Below are positions 30,391 through 41,887 of a DNA stretch of 64,000 nucleotides, in pieces (the stretch's first letter is position 1; each line of letters begins with the position of its first letter). Both the position numbers and the translations under genes were made by a program. Origin of the DNA: Nitrospirota bacterium (GTDB lineage Bacteria; Nitrospirota; Nitrospiria; Nitrospirales; Nitrospiraceae); assembly GCA_963701855.1 (NCBI GenBank), contig CAVPBK010000006.1, positions 1,376,001-1,440,000 of the forward strand. Direction: 5' to 3'. Below the pieces are notes generated by a model. It was given only the letters and a program-made list of their open reading frames with translations. It did no database searches and was not told the DNA's origin.

Positions 30391-32208
30391 ATGATGGTTG
30401 AGACAGATCTGGTGGCTGGGGGGACTGGGGGGACTGGGGGGAAGAAGGGCAGCCGCGCGTCGAAACTCTCTCGTTGCACGATTGAGCAGAATGTGCTGGA
30501 TACGCTGACCTATCGCGGAATCATCAGTCAGGTCGACGTATTGGCGGCGGTCGATGATTCGAAAGACGGCGCATTCGATCTTGAAACAGTACTCCTCGAC
30601 CGCTATCGTGTTCCGAAGGACGCTTTAGGGTCTGCCTTGAGCGATTTTTACCAATGTCCCTACCTGCCGTATGACGAACGAACTGTCATCGATGCCGATC
30701 TGCTCAAAACGCTCAACCTCGACTATCTCCGGAAGAATCTCTGGTTGCCGATCACGCGTCGAGGCTCACTCATCGACGTGCTCACCAGCGATCCGCACGA
30801 TCTCGACAAGGGGTGGGATGTGCGGCGCACATTTCCGGGGATGACCATTCGTTATGCCGTAGGTCTTCGTCGGGACATCGAGCAGTTTCTCGATTTGGCC
30901 AAGGGTCAGGGAACCAGTGGATCCATCGGATCCATTCTCGGTGAGTTGATCAATGAAATCCATCTTGAGCCCGCCATCGATCCCGTATCTGGTGGGATCG
31001 ACGAGAACGACTCAGCCATTGTGCGGCTGACCAATCAAGTGATCGCCGAAGCCGACCGTCTTGGCGCATCGGACATTCACATCGAACCATACGCGGATCG
31101 TAAAGACGTGGCTGTGCGCCTGCGCATCGACGGTGCTTGCTCGACATTCATGAAGATTCCGGCGGCTTATCGGCGGGCCATCGTATCGCGCATCAAGGTC
31201 ATGGCCAATCTTGACATCGCGGAACGCCGCAAACCCCAAGACGGCAAGATCCGGTATCGATTGGCGAAGGATCGAGAGATCGAATTGCGTGTCGCGACCC
31301 TGCCCACCTCAGGACAGGACGAAGATGTCGTGCTGCGTCTTCTGACGGCCAAGCAACCGATGCCGCTCGACGCGATGGAATTTGCCCCCGCCACTTTGCA
31401 GGCTATTCTAGCCATCGCAGAGAAACCACACGGGATCATCTTGTGTGTCGGACCGACTGGGTCCGGCAAAACTACAACCTTGCACGCAATTCTCAAGCAC
31501 ATCAATACCGACGAACGAAAGATTTGGACAGCCGAAGATCCCATTGAAATCACCCAGGACGGTCTCCGCCAAGTGCAGGTCCATCCGAAGATCGGCCTGA
31601 TCTTCGCGACCGCGATGCGGGCGTTTCTGCGTGCCGACCCCGACGTCATCATGATCGGCGAAATGCGGGACAGAGAAACGGCCGACATTGCCATTGAAGC
31701 CTCGCTCACGGGCCACTTGGTGCTAAGCACCCTCCATACGAACAGTGCGGTCGAAACGATAGTCCGTTTGTTGGATCTCGGGTGCGACTCGTTCAACTTT
31801 GCCGATGCCATGTTGGGAGTGCTCGCCCAGCGCCTGTGCAAACGAATCTGCATCCAGTGCAAAGAGGCCTATCATCCGAGCCAACAGGAGTACGACGAAT
31901 TGGTGCAGGGGTACGGTACGCAGGACTGGTCCACCGTCGGCATCGAGTACACAGCCGATTGGAGTCTGTACCGTGGACGTGGCTGTGAGACCTGCAATCG
32001 AACCGGCTTCAAAGGGCGAGTGTCCCTCCATGAATTGCTGCTTCCCTCGGAACACATGAAACATCTCATCCAGACTCGATCACAAACCGCCCAGATGATG
32101 ACTCTCGCGACGAAAGAGGGGATGGTCACACTGGTCCAAGACGGTATTCGAAAGGCGCTACAGGGACTCACCACCTATCGCCAAGTCAGAGCTGTGGCAA
32201 TGAAATAG
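30391..32208 (+). CDS. GspE/PilB family pilus assembly ATPase
   Basis: ASDIHIEP, PQDG, GPTGSGKTTT, LRADPDVIMIGEMRD, TGHLVLSTLHTN, CIQC and CETC. Confidence 0.95.
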   Translation: MMVETDLVAGGTGGTGGKKGSRASKLSRCTIEQNVLDTLTYRGIISQVDVLAAVDDSKDGAFDLETVLLDRYRVPKDALGSALSDFYQCPYLPYDERTVIDADLLKTLNLDYLRKNLWLPITRRGSLIDVLTSDPHDLDKGWDVRRTFPGMTIRYAVGLRRDIEQFLDLAKGQGTSGSIGSILGELINEIHLEPAIDPVSGGIDENDSAIVRLTNQVIAEADRLGASDIHIEPYADRKDVAVRLRIDGACSTFMKIPAAYRRAIVSRIKVMANLDIAERRKPQDGKIRYRLAKDREIELRVATLPTSGQDEDVVLRLLTAKQPMPLDAMEFAPATLQAILAIAEKPHGIILCVGPTGSGKTTTLHAILKHINTDERKIWTAEDPIEITQDGLRQVQVHPKIGLIFATAMRAFLRADPDVIMIGEMRDRETADIAIEASLTGHLVLSTLHTNSAVETIVRLLDLGCDSFNFADAMLGVLAQRLCKRICIQCKEAYHPSQQEYDELVQGYGTQDWSTVGIEYTADWSLYRGRGCETCNRTGFKGRVSLHELLLPSEHMKHLIQTRSQTAQMMTLATKEGMVTLVQDGIRKALQGLTTYRQVRAVAMK

Positions 32209-32368
32209 CCGATCCGCAGTATTTGTTTGAGGCAGCATTCTTCTGTCTCACGGTTCCCTTCTGCTCATGAATTCCTCCATTGAGGCGTTCCTTCTTCGAC
32301 AAAAATTGTCTCCCGTAAGTCCGAAAAACGTTCATGCGAGTCAGAATAACCCCTGATACGCTCTTGAA

Positions 32369-32381
32369 CATCAATGGCTTG
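32369..32381 (+). promoter_or_regulatory. Putative IHF site upstream of the sigma54 promoter
   Basis: CATCAATGGCTTG, one mismatch to WATCAANNNNTTR. Confidence 0.5.
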
Positions 32382-32406
32382 CAAATGATTTCCCATGTGT
32401 TCTTGG

Positions 32407-32422
32407 CGGCATGTCCCTTGCG
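32407..32422 (+). promoter_or_regulatory. sigma54 (-24/-12) promoter for pilin set 2
   Basis: CGGCATGTCCCTTGCG: GG-N10-GC with TTGC, about 50 bp before ATG 32473. Confidence 0.65.
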
Positions 32423-32472
32423 TGAGAGTGCCTGGCGCTATAGATCTATCAGGACAAAACAGGACAGCCGAA

Positions 32473-32943
32473 ATGCTTTGGCGGAAGAACGACCAGCACG
32501 GTTTCACACTGATCGAGTTAATGATTGTCGTGGCGATCATCGGGATCGCCTCGGCGCTTGCGATCCCAAACTATGTGGAATGGAAAGCCCAGCATGATCT
32601 GCGGGCGGCCGTGAGCGAGTTTGCCGGGAACTTAAACCTTGCGAGAGTTGTCGCGATGAATCGCAACCGCCAAGCGACGGTCACAATTCAAGTGGGGGGC
32701 ACTGGACTCATTAACGTCGACGGAACTGCGGGTGGGGCTCCAATATTTAGCACTCAGACGATGAACGGAAGTGTGACGGGGTTGCCAGGCGGCACAACGA
32801 ACGTAGCGTTTTCGTCACTGGGCTTGAGCAAAGCCGCTGCGAATCAAGTCATTCCGCTCGTGAATGCTAGAGGGGTAGTTTACTCCGTAGTAGTGATGCC
32901 ATCAGGGAAGGTGACATGGTGCGCAAACTCCACATGTCCATAA
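32473..32943 (+). CDS. FimT/FimU-like minor pilin (set 2)
   Basis: HG|FTLIELMIVVAII; C-terminal F...G...V..SGKV and Cys pair. Confidence 0.9.
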   Translation: MLWRKNDQHGFTLIELMIVVAIIGIASALAIPNYVEWKAQHDLRAAVSEFAGNLNLARVVAMNRNRQATVTIQVGGTGLINVDGTAGGAPIFSTQTMNGSVTGLPGGTTNVAFSSLGLSKAAANQVIPLVNARGVVYSVVVMPSGKVTWCANSTCP

Positions 32944-32960
32944 ATGCGCGACTGCTCCGT

Positions 32961-33461
32961 ATGACGACTCGGGTCTCGTGGCGTAGGCACGAGGGGTTTA
33001 CGCTCATCGAGAGTATGGTCGCTGCCGTGATATTGACGATCGGTCTCCTGGCTTTGACAGGCATGCAATCGTTCTCATTGAGAAAGAACGTCGATGCCAA
33101 CAACCAAACACGGGTGACGAATCTGGCGGCGGATATGCTCGAACGCATTCAATTTAATCGTCGTAAGGCAGCAAATTATCACAACATCAATGTGAGCTCG
33201 GGAACGACGACGTGTCCGACCGCCGCAGCCGACGTGATGGCGAACGGAGACTGTACCCAATGGCGCACGTTGCTGCTGAGTTCCAACCTTCAAAACATCG
33301 CAGGGACCGTCACCCTGAGCCCGGTTCCTCCGGCTACGGACCCCCTCGGATTGAACCGCAGTACCGTGACAGTCCTGGTGACATGGACTGAAGCGTCCGG
33401 CGTAGATGTAACAGCAACTTCGAAGACGGTACGTTTGGACACAGTGGTCGCGCCTGAATAG
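32961..33461 (+). CDS. pilV: Type IV pilus modification protein PilV
   Basis: EG|FTLIESMVA..IL.IGLL; LAADMLERI; D...W; VTVLVTW. Confidence 0.85.
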   Translation: MTTRVSWRRHEGFTLIESMVAAVILTIGLLALTGMQSFSLRKNVDANNQTRVTNLAADMLERIQFNRRKAANYHNINVSSGTTTCPTAAADVMANGDCTQWRTLLLSSNLQNIAGTVTLSPVPPATDPLGLNRSTVTVLVTWTEASGVDVTATSKTVRLDTVVAPE

Positions 33462-33463
33462 TT

Positions 33464-34630
33464 ATGGAGAGGTGCATGGTGGATGATGTGAAGGATGTGC
33501 GGGTGCTGTGTGAACGGGGGTTCACGCTCGTTGAGCTGATGATCGCAATCGTGATTTCGTCAGTCATCGTCGCGGGTGGATATACCGTACTGACCACAAC
33601 ACACAAGGCCACGATCTCGAATGAGAGAGCGGTCGGAACGCAGCAAAACATTCGGGTAGCCATGGAGTTGATAGCCAGGGACATCAAACAAGCAGGATTT
33701 GGTATGCCGGTGGCTCCCAATACCCCCGTGGGTGGGACCGCCGGCAATTGTGCGACGGGCGCAGGTACAACGGCCGCGGCGATGATGCCGGTCGATAACA
33801 ATTCAGCTATTCCACTAACCGCCGTCAACGATACGGGTGCCGATACCATTTCGCTCGTAGTTCCACGAACGAATTCTACAAACGGCGCAGTTCCTGGTTG
33901 GGTTCTAGCCAGTGCGGCTCCCTCGGGGGGGGCAGGATCATTTACCACCATCACCTTGACGAGCACGGCGGTCAACGAGATGGTGGCCGAAGGCATGCTG
34001 AACGGCTCTGGTGCCTATGTCTCACTGGGAGGAGTGATCACGGTGCCTGTGACATCGAGTAGCGGAGCGACGATAACACTCGGAACCCCAACGTATGCTC
34101 CGATAAACTTCCCGGTTGGAACACAGGTCTATCTCCTACAGTGCGTAACCTATCAAGTGCAAACCGGGGCAGCCAACTGTGGCTCTGCCGGTCCCTGTCT
34201 GACGCGAACGGTGGATAGCGGTACGGCTCCGACCGTCACCACTTCTCTCGTGGACGGGGTTGAAGACATGCAATTTGCCTATGCGTGCGACGGGTGTAAC
34301 ACCACGATCAATGGGGGTATCCCCAACAGCGTGATCGATGACTTTAACGCCAACAATACGTTCGACGTAGCCGATTTCCAAACCAATAGGGTCTGGGCGT
34401 TCGGGACGTTTGATCCTGCGACGATTCGGCTCGTACAGATCAACATCGTTGCGCGCCAAACAGCGATTGATCAAGGTACGGGAGAAGGAATTCAAGCAGG
34501 GGCCTTGAGTGGACCGCTTCAGGTCAGCGACCATTTGCCTTCGAACGACGCAGGATACACTGCGGCAACCTATCAATCATTCCGCCGTCGCTTCCTGACA
34601 CGGACTGTTGATACAAGGAATATGCAGTGA
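33464..34630 (+). CDS. pilW: PilW family minor pilin
   Basis: RG|FTLVELMIA; QQNIRVAMELIARDIKQAGF; LVDGVEDMQFAY; C-terminal RN. Confidence 0.88.
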   Translation: MERCMVDDVKDVRVLCERGFTLVELMIAIVISSVIVAGGYTVLTTTHKATISNERAVGTQQNIRVAMELIARDIKQAGFGMPVAPNTPVGGTAGNCATGAGTTAAAMMPVDNNSAIPLTAVNDTGADTISLVVPRTNSTNGAVPGWVLASAAPSGGAGSFTTITLTSTAVNEMVAEGMLNGSGAYVSLGGVITVPVTSSSGATITLGTPTYAPINFPVGTQVYLLQCVTYQVQTGAANCGSAGPCLTRTVDSGTAPTVTTSLVDGVEDMQFAYACDGCNTTINGGIPNSVIDDFNANNTFDVADFQTNRVWAFGTFDPATIRLVQINIVARQTAIDQGTGEGIQAGALSGPLQVSDHLPSNDAGYTAATYQSFRRRFLTRTVDTRNMQ

Positions 34631-35301
34631 ATATGCGTTGGGAGATGCGAATGAGGACGAGTATACGAATGATGTGGCAAGGTCTCGTCACGCCCCAACG
34701 GGGCGAAGAGGGCATCGCGCTTATCACGACATTGGTTATTTTGCTCATTATGACCGTGTTGGGGGTAGGGGCTGTGGCTGTCACGGCGTTGGAAAATCGA
34801 ATCGCGGGGTTCCAGCGAACCGGCGAATCTTCGACCAGTGCGGCGGAATCATGTGTGGGAACGTCCGTGAACATTATTCAGCAGACATTGGCAACAAGCA
34901 ATCTCACCGTGCCGGTAACGTTCGTTTCGGCGGCAGGTCCGGTTCTGAACTCAGCGGAAGTGGCAGCGAATCCTTCTCTGTCTATGGAAATTTCGGGGGT
35001 TTCGGTCAACGATCCGGATCTTGTGACGGGAGCGGGCGCCGCGGGCCCTGACTACAGTCTGCAAATCAATGGGTACTCCGTTCTAGGCGATATCGATTTC
35101 TTATACCTCGTACCGAGAGCTGGATCTGGCGCTGGCAGCGCGGGGGGCTACGAAGGGACCGGTGGCGGTGGTTCGTCTGGCGGAGTCGATAGACTGTATC
35201 GAATCGATTGCCGGGCGACGTTGACGGCCGTCGGAACCGAAAGTCGCGTGATGGCCGTCTACGCCTGTACCTTGAACGGCATATGTGAGAAGAAAATCTA
35301 A
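34627..35301 (+). CDS. pilX: PilX family minor pilin
   Basis: EG|IALITTLVILLIMTVLG (no Glu5); AAES; YRI; start may be a downstream Met. Confidence 0.85.
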   Translation: MNMRWEMRMRTSIRMMWQGLVTPQRGEEGIALITTLVILLIMTVLGVGAVAVTALENRIAGFQRTGESSTSAAESCVGTSVNIIQQTLATSNLTVPVTFVSAAGPVLNSAEVAANPSLSMEISGVSVNDPDLVTGAGAAGPDYSLQINGYSVLGDIDFLYLVPRAGSGAGSAGGYEGTGGGGSSGGVDRLYRIDCRATLTAVGTESRVMAVYACTLNGICEKKI

Positions 35302-35375
35302 AATGCAGAGGAAGCTATTCAGTGCACGGTCATAAGGTCGCGGCAAGTCATTGGTCGAGCAGAAGGAGTAACAGT

Positions 35376-38300
35376 ATGAAACGTTTTACCATTGCTCTCC
35401 TGGTCGCACTGGTCGCGATCCTGGGCCATCACCAGGCCATAGCGCAGACTATGAATAGCTATTCGGCCTATCCTCCGTTCATCAACAAGTCCGTCCCTCC
35501 CGCCGTCATGCTCATGATGACCAAAGACCACCGGCTGTTCCTCAAGGGCTACAACGACATCGTCGATTTAGACAACGGAAAACCGGGTGGCGATGCGGCG
35601 GTCGATACCACCTACAAAGATAACATCGACTATGTCGGCTACTTCGATTCGAAGAAGTGTTACGACTATGCCTCAACGGCAGTAGCGGGATTTGGCGGCA
35701 CGGGACGTTTTAATGCCGCTGTCGCTGGGACGGGAACCTATGGGCATTATTGCTCGGCCAAGTGGAGCGGTAATTTTCTGAACTGGGCGACCATGGCACG
35801 TATCGACATCATCCGCAAGGTGCTCTACGGCGGAAGGCGCGTTGTGGATAATGCCGGCAGTTCCACCTTGCCGATGAGTGGGAACAACGGGCTGACCGTC
35901 TTGGGGCGAACGACCACCCCGCGTGACGCCCACTCCTGGGCCAAGCCCTATGCTGGGGCAGACCTTGCCTCGTTGGTCCCCACTGCGGCCTTGGGGATCG
36001 GTGCAGCGGTGACCATCTGCAACACCAATAGTGCGGCCACGGAAACCGTCGGCTATATGATGGTGTTGAACGGCAACTTTCCGGATGCCGACAGTACGGA
36101 GATCTACCAGTGCCACGCAATCAACAATACTGCGCCAGATTTTACCACCGGGGCCGGGAATCAATGGATTACGACCTATCGCGTCGCCGTCAAGGTCTGC
36201 GATTGGACCGTCGGATTGGAATCCAATTGCGATACGTACTACGATGACAATACGCAGCTCCGACGAATACCTACACTTACAAGCCCCAGGGATTGCTCCA
36301 GCGCATGGCGGTGAATTCCAATGGAAGCGCCGGCACGAGCGACGACACAATTACGATGCGGTTCGGTCTGATCTCCGGGAGTTATAACAAAAACTTCAGC
36401 GGAGGCGTGCTGCGAAGCAAGATCACCGACCTCTATAGCCAGGAGATCAATCGCCGAACCGGGCAGATTCTCGGTACCTCTCAAGTCATCAAGACCATCG
36501 ATATGTTCAGGATCATGGGCTACAGTTTCTCGTCGGGCTATAGTGGGGCAAGTCCTGAGGACGGCTGTGCCCTTCAGGGAAGTGTCCCTGCCGAAGGGAC
36601 GTGCCGCAGTTGGGGCGAGCCCTTCGCGGAGATGTTTTATGAAGCGATCCGGTATTTCCGCGGCCTGGCCGCGACCGGCAATGCCACCACGCAGTTCTAT
36701 GCGGCAAGCCCCGACAATGGCATTCAGAGTTACGCCATCGGGGACGGTACGTTCGCGTTGAATACCTTCCCGGTCGTAGCCAGCAATGCGTATCAGGATC
36801 CCTATACGACGGGGGCTACTCCTGTCTGCGAATACTGCTCCAAGCCCTTTGTCTTGATGTTCGGGGATGCCTTCCCTTCCCACGATTCCGACCAGCTGCC
36901 GGGAGCCCAGGCCTGGACGCGGCGCCCAGCCAGGTCAACCCTACGACGAACGATACGGGCCTGTCCCTGTCGACGCTCTTGACCAATTCGCAGATGGATA
37001 CATTGGATCCGATCACATCCGTGATCGTCGGGGACATCGGTGGCACAACCAACTCGTTGTGTTCAGCGAAGGCTACGACCACCTACCTCAACATCCGAGG
37101 CCTCTGTCCGGAAGAGCCCAACAAGTACGGAACCTACTATCTCCCAATGCTGGCCCATTATGCCAAGACCACGGATCTGCGCGGGGCCTTGGGGAACGAC
37201 ACGACGAATTCGGTTAAACAGAACATAACCACCTATGCCGTCGTGGCCAGCGCGCCGACCCCGATATTGGAATTTACCGTGGGAGGCAAGAAGGTTCAGT
37301 TAAACCCGGCCTTTCATAGTGGTTGCCCGGCAGCTTCGAGTACAGCTCCTGCCGGCGATCTAAAGCGGTTCGGAGTCCAAGCCCCCACACCGGACTGCGC
37401 GGCAGCGGGGACGGGTGGATGGAGCGCTCCCGGCAGTGGCAGCCCCCCATACCAGGGGAACAAGGGTGAACTGGTCTCGTTCGAAGTGTGTGCGAACAAC
37501 GATGAAGCTGTGAATAGCTATACCTCTTGCTACGAAATAATGTTCAACGATGCAACCTACGGAGGGGATTGGGATCTCGACCTTCGCTATCGGCTCTATG
37601 TGAAGACGGGGCTCACCACCATCACGGTGAAGACCAAGCCCATTTATGCCAACTCGGGAAACGGCAACTGGGCCGGCTACTACATCAATGGAGTGAGCGG
37701 AGGTGGGGCGTCATAGGGGATGCCACCTCAGCCACGGGAGGCGGCGCGCCTCGAACACGGGGTCCGGGGAATATTATGACATCCGCTGCGGAAATGGGAT
37801 CACCGGCAATTCAGTCGGATGCCAGCGGTATTTTGGTGGTGCCGTGCAAACCGTTATTCCTTATACGCTCGCGGTGGAACGGACATTCACGGTTACTGGT
37901 TCGAATGCCGGCCTCTTGAAAGACCCCCTCTGGTACGCCAGCAAATATGGCGGATTCAAAGACAGCGATAAGGTTTCGACCACTGGCTACAATGTGCCGG
38001 ACAAGACGGCGGAGTGGGATGTGAACGCCGACGGTTTACCGGATAGCTATTTCTTTGCGCAGAACCCGCTGGAGTTGGAAGGGAAACTCTGCGGCTGCCT
38101 TCGCGGCGATTCTGAACCAGACTTCGTCGGGAACTGCGGCCTCCGTGTTGTCGTCGTCTACTACGGGCGAAGGCGCGATCTATCAATCGTATTTCTATCC
38201 GACCCAGTACGAAGCAGAGAGGGAAATCAAGTATGCGGGCTACGTGCAGAGCCTCTTTGTCGATACGTACGGGAACTTCAGAGAGGATACGGTCAAGGAC

Positions 38301-40745
38301 AATCGACTGGTTCTGACAGAGGATCGTATCGTCGTCACGCGATATGATGCGGTGAATGACACGCTCGCCATTGATATATATGTCGATGCCAACGGGGACG
38401 GGAAAGCCGACCCGACACGCGACACGAATAGCGATGGTATCCTCGACACGGCTTTTTGCGACGATTCCCCCAATCAGTGCGACAAGGTCCTGGCCGATAT
38501 CAACCCGATCTGGGAAGGGGGACGAAATCTTGCGCTGATGAGTCCAAGCAGCCGAAATATTCTCACGTGGGTGGACCTCGACAACAATAAGCTGGTTAAG
38601 AACATAGCTGCACCGACTGGCGCTGCGACGGAGGAGTATATTTCATTCGACAGCACCAATGTGAGTAAGCTCACGGGCTATCTCAATCTGAGTGGCGCGC
38701 CGGCAGCCTATACGGCCGCGAACATCATTGATTTCATCCGCGGCACGCAAGTGACCGGACTCCGTGACCGGACGTTGACCGTCAAGGACACCTCCGGCAC
38801 TCCCGTTTCTGCCGTGTGGAAGCTCGGAGATTCGGTCTATTCAACACCCGTCATCGTCGGTGCGCCGAGGGAACGGTTTGATCTCCTGTACGGGGATTCC
38901 TCATACACACCGTTTTACAGCCAATACAAAAATAGGCGGCAGGTAGCCTATCTCGGAGCCAACGATGGGATGATGCATGCCATCAACGTTGGTGTCTACA
39001 ACCCAGGAGACGACACGACAACTCCCGCGAAGATCGAGCACGGGTGGTACTCCAATACAGCCACTGCGGATGGGCGTGGGGTGAACATCGGCGATGAACT
39101 CTGGGGCTTTATTCCGCAGGAATTGCTGCCTCATCTTCGATGGCTGGCCGATCCCGGCTACACGCATGTCTACTACGTCGATTTGAAGCCCAAAGTCACC
39201 GATGTGCGAATTTTCCCGAACGATGCGGATCACCCTGGGGGATGGGGCACGATTCTCATCGGCGGATTTCGCATGGGCGGGAGCTGTAGCAACTGTACTA
39301 CGCAAGGAACGCCTATGACCTTCGCGGATAATTTTAATGGCATCGCCGGGGTTGATGCGGCGCGAACCTTCTTGAGCTCTTATTTTGTGCTGGATGTCAC
39401 CAACCCGGACAAGCTGCCGACATTGCTCTGGAGCTTTTCGGATCCGAGTCTCGGACTTACCACGAGCTATCCGACAGTCGCCCGTGTCAGTCCATTGACT
39501 GACGCCAAGATCGATAACACCAACGCAAAATGGTTCATGATCGTGGGGTCCGGCCCCACGAGTTATGATGCGGGGGTTGGACAGACGGCCAAAATATTCG
39601 CGGTCAACATCAACGACCGCATGACCTCAACCGCCGCGGGCGTGGTCACTAAGTTCGATGCCTCGGGAGGAGGAGCCACTCCTCCGAACTCCTTTGTCGG
39701 CGATTTGGTCGCGTTCGACCGAGACCTTGATTACCGAACCGACGTCATATACGGGGGGAAAGTCATCAGTGCGACACCGTGGGAAGGGAAACTCATCCGT
39801 CTTATGACCGGCTGCTGGAGCGCTTCTACGCCGGTCTGTAACACGAGCCCGAGTTTGTGGGGTGTGCCTTCGGGCACGGCCGGCGTTCAAGCGCCCTCTG
39901 AAATCCTGTATCAATTTAAAGATGGAGGGGGGACGGCCCGTACGTTGGGACCGGTTCCTGCCGCTGTCGGCGTGGCAATCGACCAGACAGGCAATACCTG
40001 GGTGTTTGCAGGAAGCGGCCGATACTATACTCAAACCAGTGGGACAGGAGATAAGATCGATGCCTCAACCCAATATGTGCTGGGCATCAAAGACTCTGTC
40101 TTGCAAGGCTCCGGTGGGTGTGTCGGCGGCGATGCCACGATAACCGGCTGTCGTCTGGACTCCACGCTCAACAACGAGCTGATCGATATGTCGACGGCGA
40201 CCATCTGCCAATTAGGATCTGGAACCTGTACCGGCACGGGCGCAAATCAGCAGGTGACCAGCGTTCCCGCAATGGCGGCTGGCGGAAACTATGCGTCGCT
40301 CATGTCGCTTGTCCAAAGCAAAAGAGGTTGGTTTGCTAAATTAACGGTTCCTGCTAGTGGGCCCAGTGAACGGTCTGTGGCCAACCCAGTTGTGCTGGGA
40401 GGGATTGTGTTCTTCCCGACCTTCACTCCGAGCGGCGACTCCTGTGTTGCGTCAGGAGCCAGCAATCTTTATGCATTGTATTATGTCACCGGTGGCGCCT
40501 ATTCATCACCCATCGTGGGGATGACGGGTCAGAATATCAACAGTAAGACCAGCCTTGGCGAAGGGTTGGCGACGACTGTGGCGATCCACCTGGGAGCTCA
40601 GGGGGATGGCACGACTGGAAGCGGCAGCCAAACTGGCGTGAAAGCCTGTTCGCAGTCCAGCACCGGAGCTATCAACTGCGTGAATACCGGCACGGCTTCG
40701 GCCGTCGCAAGTCATTTCCTCTCATGGATCAATCAGCGGGATTGA
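35376..40745 (+). pseudogene. pilY1: PilY1/PilC tip adhesin (about 1790 aa if restored) broken by five frameshifts between about 36250 and 38090
   Basis: Signal peptide; Y.GYFD..KCY, WSGNFLNWATM.RID..RKVLYGG, K.PLWYASKYGGF, LGD...STP, GANDGM.HA, ELWGFIP..LLP.L; consecutive ORF fragments in shifting frames. Confidence 0.88.
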
Positions 40746-40761
40746 TCCGGAAAAAATAGAC

Positions 40762-40794
40762 CTCCGCGCGCCACCTGTTCGGTGGTGCGCGGAG
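40762..40794. terminator. Stem-loop after pilY1
   Basis: CTCCGCGCGCCACC-TGTTC-GGTGGTGCGCGGAG; A run upstream, weak T tract downstream. Confidence 0.5.
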
Positions 40795-40807
40795 ATTGTG
40801 GAACCTC

Positions 40808-41785
40808 ATGCCGAAGGATCTTGTGCAGGCCATACACGTTTTCATTGGGGTCATAACTCTTGCCGTCTTGGGACTGATTGGGTGCAACTTCGATTCATCC
40901 CAGACGGACGCGATGGGAGCTGGCACCGCTGGGCCGAACCATCCCCCGGTCATCCGCTCGGTAACCCTTGTCCCCATTCCAATCATTCGCGAAGGGGTGG
41001 TGACGGCGACGGTCGATGCCGAAGACTTGGACAGAGATGCCCTGACATTCACATTCAAGTGGATCGTCAACGACGAGCTGAGACCTGAAGAGGTCTCCGC
41101 CACGTTTCATCCTGAAAGCGTGAGCCGCGGTGATCGCGTGGTCGTCGAGGTGATTCCTCACGACGGGAAGGTCTCGGGCCTGCCTGTTCGTAGCGGGTCG
41201 GTTGTTGTCGGCAATACGCCGCCGGCTATCCGTGCCCTGACCATTCAGCCTAGCGGTGCCAAGGTTGGGGATCGACTCGTCGCGACAGTGGATGGCAGCG
41301 ATATGGATGGAGACGACGTCCGCTATACGTACCGGTGGTCCCACAATGACCGATTGGTCGTGGAGGGCGAACAAGGAACGCTGGATACAACTGGTTTCTC
41401 GCGGGGTGATGCCATCGCCGTTTCCGCAACGCCCCATGACCGTGACAGTCATGGCAAGGAACAGCTGTCGGAGCTGCTGACGTTGGCGAATAGTCCTCCA
41501 AAATTCACCTCATCCGCTCAGGGCGTCCTGGCGCAGGGACAGTTCGGCTACGTCGCATCGGCGACGGACCCCGAGAATGATCCAATGACCTTCGCGCTCG
41601 AATCGGCACCACCCGGCATGACGATCGATGAAAAAACTGGACGGATTCAATGGGAGGTTCCTGCCGCTTCAGCGAGAGGCTATAGGGTAAAAGTCTTGGT
41701 CAAGGATGACCATCAAGGATGGGCCACGCAGGAATTCAACGTGGCTATCGACAATCCCGTAACTGCCAAGCGCGAAGGGCGCTGA
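40808..41785 (+). CDS. Putative lipoprotein with Ig-like repeats
   Basis: Lipobox LIGC; three N.PP repeats with D.D.D...Y/F.W; C-terminal P.GMTID..TG.I.W. Confidence 0.8.
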   Translation: MPKDLVQAIHVFIGVITLAVLGLIGCNFDSSQTDAMGAGTAGPNHPPVIRSVTLVPIPIIREGVVTATVDAEDLDRDALTFTFKWIVNDELRPEEVSATFHPESVSRGDRVVVEVIPHDGKVSGLPVRSGSVVVGNTPPAIRALTIQPSGAKVGDRLVATVDGSDMDGDDVRYTYRWSHNDRLVVEGEQGTLDTTGFSRGDAIAVSATPHDRDSHGKEQLSELLTLANSPPKFTSSAQGVLAQGQFGYVASATDPENDPMTFALESAPPGMTIDEKTGRIQWEVPAASARGYRVKVLVKDDHQGWATQEFNVAIDNPVTAKREGR

Positions 41786-41887
41786 CGACGCGCCACGCAC
41801 TGATTCGATCTTCTGCTTGTCACACCTTTCCTCGGTTTGTTACAATCATTCACTATTGCTGCAGGGAGGGAGCACGCCTTAGCGTTT

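Noticed and set aside
30415..30442. GGGGGACTG repeat near the ATPase start as a phase-variation tract
   Set aside because: 9 bp unit preserves frame, only two to three copies, and the start codon is uncertain
31167..31862. 231 aa antisense ORF opposite the pilus ATPase
   Set aside because: Typical antisense shadow of a conserved gene
36245..38095. Programmed ribosomal frameshifting or DGR targeting in pilY1
   Set aside because: No slippery heptamers, five shifts would be needed, and no reverse transcriptase or template repeat is present in the window
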